Source: Candidatus Omnitrophota bacterium
GTDB taxonomy: Bacteria; Omnitrophota; Gorgyraeia; Zapsychrales; Zapsychraceae
Assembly: GCA_035292445.1 (NCBI GenBank)
Contig: DATDQB010000023.1
Location: 89,533 to 153,532, forward strand
Length of the DNA stretch: 64,000 nt
Direction of reading: 5' to 3'
Part shown: positions 57,927 to 64,000 of the stretch, piece after piece
Position numbering within the stretch: the first letter of the stretch is position 1
Layout of the letters: the number at the start of each line of letters is the position of its first letter
Notes under the pieces: generated by a model
Told to the model about the DNA's origin: nothing
Databases searched by the model: none
The model's input: only the letters and a program-made list of their open reading frames with translations
Program-made: the position numbers and the translations under genes

Positions 57927-58763
57927 ATGCCTCTCACCATTTATTTAAACAAAAATTATATTAAGGTCGATGGCGCCACTTTTGAGGCGCTTCTTCCGGG
58001 AAATCTTGAGGGGGAGGGGGCCTTTGAGACGATGCGCTCCTACGATGGAAAGATTTTCGCTTTTGACGACCACATGAAGCGGCTTAAGCGCGGATTAAAA
58101 CATTTTCATATGATAATCCCTTTATCCGGGAAACAGATCCTGTGGGTGATCAATGAATTAAGCCGTCGGAACAAATTAAAAAACGCCCGCGTGAGGGTTA
58201 TCGTCTGGCGCCACAATAATCAAAAGTTTATATCCATCAGTTGCCAACCTCTTAAGCTTCCGTCATCGAAGAAATACAAGACAGGTTTTAATGTGATGAC
58301 GGCGCGTTATGGGCGCAGCCGGCAGGGGAAATCCGATGTCAAATCCATCGATTATCGGATGTTACGGAAGATTTTTAGGGAAGCCCAATCAAAGGGGTTT
58401 GATGAAGCCGTCTTATTGAACGGCAAAGGCGAGATCGTGGAAGGTACGCGCACCAACGTGTTCTTTGTTCATAATGGGCGCCTGTACACACCGGCCCTTG
58501 GTTGCGGTTGTTTGAACGGCATCACACGGCAGAAAGTCATCCAATGCGCCCGTTCACGTAAGATCCCGGTCAAAGCGGCCAGAGCGCCGCTCAAGCAGCT
58601 TATGTCTTGCGACGAAGCGTTCTTGACCGGCTCAACGCTGGAAGTGATGCCGGTTCGAAGCGTTGACGGAAGGCCGATCGGGAAAGGCAAGACCAAAAAA
58701 TTCACCCAAGCCATTCAATCGGCCTATCGTTCGCTGGTCCGCCGCGAGTTGGCGCGGCGGTGA
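57927..58763 (+). CDS. Aminotransferase class IV (aminodeoxychorismate lyase PabC-like / BCAT fold)
   Basis: Fold-type IV PLP motifs (ETMRSYDG, EAVLLNGKGEIVEGTRTNVFFV). Confidence 0.7.
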   Translation: MPLTIYLNKNYIKVDGATFEALLPGNLEGEGAFETMRSYDGKIFAFDDHMKRLKRGLKHFHMIIPLSGKQILWVINELSRRNKLKNARVRVIVWRHNNQKFISISCQPLKLPSSKKYKTGFNVMTARYGRSRQGKSDVKSIDYRMLRKIFREAQSKGFDEAVLLNGKGEIVEGTRTNVFFVHNGRLYTPALGCGCLNGITRQKVIQCARSRKIPVKAARAPLKQLMSCDEAFLTGSTLEVMPVRSVDGRPIGKGKTKKFTQAIQSAYRSLVRRELARR

Positions 58764-58817
58764 TAAATTACCAGTTTCTATTTGCCCCTTGAAGGAGCGG
58801 TAGGTATAATAAGCTTG

Positions 58818-59831
58818 ATGATTCGTACTATATTAATATTAGTAATAATTTTATCTTTTTTTTCGATCTCTTCGGCTCAGGAAGATGCTTTAGAAGGCTC
58901 CACAGGCGCAGAACCCTTCGGTGAGTTCAGCCAGTCTTTAGAAGATCAAAAAAATGAATTCGATACTATTAAGCAGGAAATCGGTCGCCTTCTTGTTGAT
59001 AACAAGAAATTTGAGGCCGAATATCAGGCGCTTAAGCAACAATTGGATGAGCTTAAGGGCACTTTCGAGACCAAAGAAAAGCGGTTTGAGAAATTTGTGC
59101 CCAAAAATATGGAAGAGGAAAGGGACCAGCAGAGGCGCATAAATTCTCTTAAAGCGTTGTATCAGGATGTGGAGAAATTAAAGAACGAGATCATGATGAA
59201 AAAAAGCAGGACGACGTATTTGACGACGCAGCTGATCGACTTGGAGGAGAAACAAAGGCTTTGGAAGATGAAGCTCACGGAGCTGGAGATCACCAAACGC
59301 GAAATAGAGCTGGATATCCGCATGAAAGAATACGAAGTAAATGAGCACCAGCGCGGGAAAGACGCAACGCTTAATGAGCTGCAGGATAAAATCCAGAAAG
59401 CCTTGGATGAAGAGCGTGAATTGTTAAGCCGCATTTCCGCCATTGAAGACGGCGTTTATTATTCCCCGGCCAAGGCCGTGGAATTGGAAACGCAGAATGA
59501 TGAGCTTACGTTGAGGGTCCAGTCGCTGGAAAAAGACCTTGAGTTCGCGCATCGGGAAACTGAAATCCTGGAAAAAAAGCGGTTATTGGCCAGTAAATCC
59601 CGGGGGAGTTCGATCCTTAAGAAACAAGTGGAGAAAAGGGAGTTGGAAGGCCAGGTGGAAGAACTTCGCAGGCGCATGGAACAGCTTAATGCCTTAATGG
59701 ATGAATCTATTGCGCGCAAAGCCGAAAAAGAAGGCCTTCTCCAGAGCTTTGTTCAGATGGAGCAGGATAACCAGAAACTGCGTACCCAAATTGAAGAAAT
59801 GGAAAGCAAAATAAACTCCTTCAATAATTAG
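58818..59831 (+). CDS. Secreted/anchored coiled-coil protein
   Basis: Signal/anchor MIRTILILVIILSFFSISSAQ followed by about 300 aa of heptad-rich E/K/L sequence. The track ORF begins at an upstream TTG (58782). Confidence 0.5.
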   Translation: MIRTILILVIILSFFSISSAQEDALEGSTGAEPFGEFSQSLEDQKNEFDTIKQEIGRLLVDNKKFEAEYQALKQQLDELKGTFETKEKRFEKFVPKNMEEERDQQRRINSLKALYQDVEKLKNEIMMKKSRTTYLTTQLIDLEEKQRLWKMKLTELEITKREIELDIRMKEYEVNEHQRGKDATLNELQDKIQKALDEERELLSRISAIEDGVYYSPAKAVELETQNDELTLRVQSLEKDLEFAHRETEILEKKRLLASKSRGSSILKKQVEKRELEGQVEELRRRMEQLNALMDESIARKAEKEGLLQSFVQMEQDNQKLRTQIEEMESKINSFNN

Positions 59832-59930
59832 TATTAATATTATAAGTCCCGCCTGTTCCGCCCCTCTTCAAGCTTCTATAATAATTGGCATTTTCCAAGA
59901 AAATGATATAGAATATGGAACGAAATTTAG

Positions 59931-60093
59931 CCCCGCACCTTTGTTGCCGAATATATAAATTCCCGAAGGTGCGGGACTTAATTGAGTTCACCCCGCCCTT
60001 TGGGAACGAATTGTTTCAATTATAGTTTTACCCAAAAGGGCGGGGTTTAATTCGCGCTAATCACTTGCGTCGCAATAATGCTCCGCAAGTGAT
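59931..60093 (+). promoter_or_regulatory. Three GC-clamped hairpins (two of them copies of one motif) upstream of the Lrp-family gene
   Basis: ccccgcacctt..aaggtgcggg (59931-59975); ccccgccctttggg..cccaaaagggcgggg (59991-60045); atcacttgcg..cgcaagtgat (60060-60093). Copies 1 and 2 both end with GGG(A/G)(C/T)TTAATT. Confidence 0.45.
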
Positions 60094-60115
60094 GCGCTCA
60101 TTAAAGGAGCGGACT

Positions 60116-60601
60116 ATGGACGAAATATTGGAAATTTTATCCAACGATGCGCGCATTTCTGTTGAGGAGATAGCGAAAATGACCGGAATCAGCAAGGAAA
60201 CGGTGCGCAAAGCCATCAAGAAGTATGAGAAAGACGGCACTATTGTTAAATATAAGACGGTGATCAACACGGATCTTTTGGAAGGGACCAAGCCGCCGGT
60301 GCGGGCGCTGATAGAGGTCAGCGTTTCACCTCAAAAAAATGTCGGTTTCGATCATATTGCGGAACGGATGTATAGCTTTCCCGAGGTCACCAGCTGTTAT
60401 CTCGTTTCGGGGGCGTATGACCTTCTGCTGGTCGTTCAGGGAGAGGATTTGCAGACTGTTTCCAACTTTATAGCTTCCAAACTTTCTCCCATGGAACATG
60501 TGCGCAGCACGTCCACTCATTTTCTTTTGAAGAAATACAAAGAAGACGGGCAGGTTTTAAAGAAATCGGTAAATAAAAGAAGGTTGAATATTTCGTATTA
60601 A
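60116..60601 (+). CDS. Lrp/AsnC-family transcriptional regulator
   Basis: AGGAG RBS. N-terminal HTH (DEILEILSNDARISVEEIAKMTGISKETVRKAIKK) plus RAM/ASNC domain. Confidence 0.8.
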   Translation: MDEILEILSNDARISVEEIAKMTGISKETVRKAIKKYEKDGTIVKYKTVINTDLLEGTKPPVRALIEVSVSPQKNVGFDHIAERMYSFPEVTSCYLVSGAYDLLLVVQGEDLQTVSNFIASKLSPMEHVRSTSTHFLLKKYKEDGQVLKKSVNKRRLNISY

Positions 60602-60605
60602 TCCC

Positions 60606-61757
60606 ATGAATATCGATATTTCCAAAAAAGTTGAAAAAATGGCCCCTTCGGGGATCCGCGCGTTTTTTGACCTCGTCCTGGGGATGAAAGACGTCATCTC
60701 CCTGGGTGTCGGCGAACCGGATTTTGTCACGCCTTGGCATATCCGGGAGGCGGCCATTTATTCGCTGGAGCAAGGATACACTTCCTATACCTCCAATAAG
60801 GGCATGCCCGAGCTGCGCAAACAGATCGGCCATTTTTTGAAAAACCGCTATGGCATGAGTTATGATTGGGACGAGGAAGTCCTGATCACGGTCGGCGTCA
60901 GCGAAGGCCTGGATTTGGTGATGCGCGCCATCCTTAATCCGGGCGATAAGGTGCTGGTGCCCGAGCCGGCGTATGTTTCCTATGTCCCCACGGTGGAATT
61001 GGCCGGCGGAAGACTGGTGATCCTTAAAACGGATATCAGAAATGGATTTAAGCTCACCCCCGAGCAGATCCAAAGGGTCGTTTCCAAGGGCGTCAAAGCG
61101 CTCATGATCAATTATCCCTGCAACCCGACAGGGGCTTCTTATACAAAAGAAGAGCTTTTGAAAATCGCCGCCGTTGTTAAAAAGCACAATTTGTTGGTCA
61201 TCAGCGATGAGGTTTATGATGAGCTGACATATGATTTTGACCACACGCCGCTTTCTTCCCTTAAGGGCATGAAAGATCATGTGGTTTATTTTAACGGCTT
61301 TTCCAAAGCGTACGCGATGACCGGATTCCGTTTAGGCTATGCGTGCGGCCCCCGCAAAGTCATTGCCGCCATGACAAAGATCCATCAATACACCATGCTA
61401 TGTGCTTCTATCACCGCTCAAATGGCAGCGATGGAGGCCCTGCGCCACGGCTCCAACAGCGTGCAGATGATGAAGCGCGAATACAAAAGGCGCCGGCAGT
61501 TCATTGTCGATGCGTTAAATGATATCGGGCTGGATTGTCATCTGCCGGAAGGGGCATTCTACGTGTTTCCTTCCATCAAAAAGACGGGGCAGAAGTCCAT
61601 GGATTTTGCCAAGGACCTTTTAAAAAAGAAGAAAGTCGCGCTCGTGCCGGGCATCGCGTTCGGGCCCAGCTGTGAAGGGCACGTGCGTATTTCGTACGCT
61701 TCCAGCTATGACAGCCTCAAAGAAGCCGTCATTCGTATCAGGAGTTATTTAAGCTAA
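60606..61757 (+). CDS. Pyridoxal-phosphate-dependent aminotransferase, class I (aspartate aminotransferase-like)
   Basis: Fold-type I motifs (NYPCNPTG, SDEVYDEL, FSKAYAMTGFRLGY with the PLP lysine). Confidence 0.85.
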   Translation: MNIDISKKVEKMAPSGIRAFFDLVLGMKDVISLGVGEPDFVTPWHIREAAIYSLEQGYTSYTSNKGMPELRKQIGHFLKNRYGMSYDWDEEVLITVGVSEGLDLVMRAILNPGDKVLVPEPAYVSYVPTVELAGGRLVILKTDIRNGFKLTPEQIQRVVSKGVKALMINYPCNPTGASYTKEELLKIAAVVKKHNLLVISDEVYDELTYDFDHTPLSSLKGMKDHVVYFNGFSKAYAMTGFRLGYACGPRKVIAAMTKIHQYTMLCASITAQMAAMEALRHGSNSVQMMKREYKRRRQFIVDALNDIGLDCHLPEGAFYVFPSIKKTGQKSMDFAKDLLKKKKVALVPGIAFGPSCEGHVRISYASSYDSLKEAVIRIRSYLS

Positions 61758-61758
61758 C

Positions 61759-62157
61759 ATGTATGATGACGAACCCATCGAAGAAACTGATCTGGATTTC
61801 GAGATAGCCTTTTACGAGGGGCTCATCCGCAAGAAGCCCGACTTTGCGGAAGCTTTAAAGGCCTTGGGGGATCTGTATACCAAGAAAGGCTTTACCGAAA
61901 AAGGGCTCCAGGTGGATGAGCATCTTTCCCAATTGGAGCCCGCCAATCCGGTCGTGCTGTATAATTTGGCGTGCAGTTATTCTTTATTGAATCAGACCGA
62001 TAAGGCGCTTCGCAGCATCAAACGCGCTATCAAATGCGGTTATCATGATTTTGAGCACATCAAGGAAGACAAGGATTTGGATAATTTGCGTAAAGACGGC
62101 CGGTTCACCCGCTATCTTTTAAGGGTTGAGAAGAAAATCAAAGAAGAAATCGTCTAA
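61759..62157 (+). CDS. TPR-repeat protein
   Basis: Three TPR-like helix pairs (ALKALGDLYTKKG..., YNLACSYSLLNQTDKAL...). Confidence 0.55.
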   Translation: MYDDEPIEETDLDFEIAFYEGLIRKKPDFAEALKALGDLYTKKGFTEKGLQVDEHLSQLEPANPVVLYNLACSYSLLNQTDKALRSIKRAIKCGYHDFEHIKEDKDLDNLRKDGRFTRYLLRVEKKIKEEIV

Positions 62158-62162
62158 TTCGT

Positions 62163-63269
62163 ATGGGAGACAGCCCACAGTCCAAACAATACCATAAAAT
62201 CAAGAACCTCACCTTTTTTTTAAGCCTTACCTTGGATGCGTTGATCTTACTTATCTTTTTCTTTAGCGGCCTGAGCCTGCAGCTAAAAAATTTTGTAACG
62301 CAATATTCATCGCACGCCTTATGGGCCAATGGGCTCTACGTATTTATTTTTTCTTTGGGCATGTACCTTTTTCACTTTCCGCTCAATGTATTCTCCGAAT
62401 TCAAGTTGGAGCATAAATATCAGCTGTCCAACCAAACCTTCGGCGCCTGGCTGAAAGACGACCTTAAAAAAGTTTTCTTAAGCTTTCTCATCTTTTTGTT
62501 ATTTGTCGAGGTGATCTATGTTCTCCTCGGGCGTTACCCAAACCGCTGGTGGGTGGGGGCCGGAGTGTTTTGGCTTCTCGTCAGCTTCGTCCTGGCCAAG
62601 CTGACGCCCCATGTCATCGTGCCGTTATTTTTCAAATACCAGCCGATCCAGAACGAATTGCTCAAGAAGAAAATATTTGATCTGTTTAAGATGTGCGGCG
62701 TGGCCTTGAAAGACATTTACGCCATTGACCTTTCTGCCAAGACAAAGAAGGCCAACGCTTTTTTATGCGGGTTGGGGCGCAACCGCCGCGTTGTCTTAAG
62801 CGATACGCTTTTATCCAATTTTAACGAGGAAGAAATTGAGGCGGTTGTCGCTCATGAGCTGGCGCATTATAAGCATCACGACATTCTTAAACTTTTATCG
62901 ATTAATAGTGCCGTGATCTTTTTCGGGTTTTACCTCATTCATCTATTTTTTCAATACGCGAAGGAAGCGTATTCGTTGAGCGGGCTGGACGACATTTCAT
63001 TCTTGCCGATGGTGTTGGTGAGTTTTCTTTTGTTCGGCTTTATGGCCTCGCCCGCGTTGAACGGTTTCAGCCGCATGATCGAGCGCGAGGCGGACCGTTT
63101 TAGCATTGAGAAAACAAAGAAACCCGCCGTTTTTGTTTCGATGATAAAAAAGCTGGGGGAGATGAATTTGGCCGAGTTTGAACCCGACCGATGGATCGAG
63201 TGGCTTCTCTACGACCATCCGCCTATCGGCAAACGTATCGCTTTTGCCGAAGGTTTCATTAGTCATTAA
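62163..63269 (+). CDS. M48-family zinc metallopeptidase (Ste24/HtpX-like) with N-terminal TM domain
   Basis: HELAHYKHHD zinc-binding HExxH, several TM helices, and a downstream E in EADRF. Confidence 0.8.
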   Translation: MGDSPQSKQYHKIKNLTFFLSLTLDALILLIFFFSGLSLQLKNFVTQYSSHALWANGLYVFIFSLGMYLFHFPLNVFSEFKLEHKYQLSNQTFGAWLKDDLKKVFLSFLIFLLFVEVIYVLLGRYPNRWWVGAGVFWLLVSFVLAKLTPHVIVPLFFKYQPIQNELLKKKIFDLFKMCGVALKDIYAIDLSAKTKKANAFLCGLGRNRRVVLSDTLLSNFNEEEIEAVVAHELAHYKHHDILKLLSINSAVIFFGFYLIHLFFQYAKEAYSLSGLDDISFLPMVLVSFLLFGFMASPALNGFSRMIEREADRFSIEKTKKPAVFVSMIKKLGEMNLAEFEPDRWIEWLLYDHPPIGKRIAFAEGFISH

Positions 63270-63270
63270 T

Positions 63271-64000
63271 CTATGCATAAGAAAAACATTATCGCTTTAG
63301 CTATAATTGCCCTTTTGGTTTTCCTTAATTGTGTAGGAAACGGCTTTGTCGGTGACGATGAGATCTTGTTTGTCAAAAATCCGTTTTTTCGTTCCTGGGC
63401 CAACTTTCCAAAGATTTTCACTTCAGAGTATACCGCCGATCAGGAAGCCATTTTTAATGAACAAAAGGAGGGGATGAATTCCGGATCGGTTGCTTACCGG
63501 CCGGTTTTATCGGCAAGTTTTTTTCTAGATTACTGGCTGTGGAAGGATAAACCTTTTGGCTATCATGCCCAAAATGTTTTGATCCACATTATCAATACGG
63601 CGTTGGTCTATTTTTTCATATTTTTTATCATGAAGGATAAGGCCGTTGCTTTTATTTCGGCTTTATTGTTTTGTGTTCATCCGTTAAGGTCGGAGGCGGT
63701 GGCGAGCATCGGTTATCGCGCGGATAGTTTGGCCGCGCTTTTTGTGCTGGCGGCACTTTTGTGTTATGGGCATTATCGGGAATCCTCGAGAAGGAGTTCA
63801 TATTTTTTGTCGCACGTTCTTTTCTTTTTGTCTGTTTTTACCAAGGAATCCGCCGTTGTTTATCCCGGGCTGATCATCTCTTTTGACTGGCTCATAAGAA
63901 AGGAGGAGCCGCGGGATATTTTAAAGCATGCTCTTTCCAGATATACAGGATTTGTTTTGATCTTGGCGTTTTATCTTTATGTTTATATCAACATTTTTCC
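63271..64000 (+). CDS. PMT/TMTC-like (GT39/DUF1736) membrane glycosyltransferase, partial (runs off window end)
   Basis: N-terminal motif GNGFVGDDEILF..N, and later LLFCVHPLRSEAVASIGYRADSLAALF, typical of bacterial TMTC-like O-mannosyltransferase homologs. Confidence 0.55.

Noticed and set aside
1-64000. CRISPR arrays, rRNA genes, IS elements with terminal inverted repeats
   Set aside because: None seen. No regularly spaced short direct repeats and no transposase-like ORFs.

Overview
This is a bacterial chromosomal window of mixed GC content (about 45-55%); taxon unknown.

1. Giant-protein locus (1-7784, minus strand). A tail-fibre-like gene encoding a C-terminal S74-type intramolecular-chaperone domain sits 2 nt upstream of a 1500-aa, extremely cysteine-rich secreted protein that carries a canonical thrombospondin type-1 motif. 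A diverged tandem paralog of that giant gene follows and runs off the window start.

2. Signalling operon and neighbours (8216-16309). A FIST sensor, a GAF histidine kinase and a REC-GGDEF response regulator (GGDDY in place of GGDEF) form one minus-strand operon. After it come tRNA-Glu and envelope/housekeeping genes: an EEP-family lipoprotein, a BamE-like lipoprotein, TrmB, an S11 D-Ala-D-Ala carboxypeptidase and a DsbA-like oxidoreductase.

3. Housekeeping block (16519-20876). A divergent standalone L27-like gene lies behind a two-hairpin leader and is coupled to glmS. rsmI, two small proteins and a VIT-family transporter follow.

4. Pyrimidine operon (20958-28347). A PyrR attenuator precedes pyrR-pyrB-pyrC-[LOG-like]-[fpg]-pyrK-[TauE half-transporter]-pyrD-pyrF, that is, with three non-pyr genes embedded.

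5. Integrated mobile element (about 28558-42560), next to tRNA-Val and tRNA-Asp. It carries a large serine recombinase whose 3' end overlaps the tRNA-Asp 3' half, an AlpA/Xis-like HTH, a CHC2 zinc-finger protein and a PrimPol/P4-type primase. Its cargo is unknown genes, a complete Type I restriction-modification system (hsdM, hsdS, hsdR), and an SDH-family Clp-fold serine protease + small protein + PIN nuclease trio.

6. Downstream chromosome (42773-64000). An ArsR regulator precedes an MMPL/RND exporter with LolA-like and porin-like partners. Then come a cluster of three large paralogous polytopic membrane proteins with a fatty-acid desaturase and a zinc-ribbon methyltransferase, a CsaA-like tRNA-binding protein, a GT2, pabB and a pabC-like gene, a coiled-coil protein, an Lrp regulator, an aminotransferase, a TPR protein, an M48 peptidase and a partial PMT/TMTC-like glycosyltransferase.

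No CRISPR array or rRNA was seen. All calls are by eye from sequence motifs; no searches were run.
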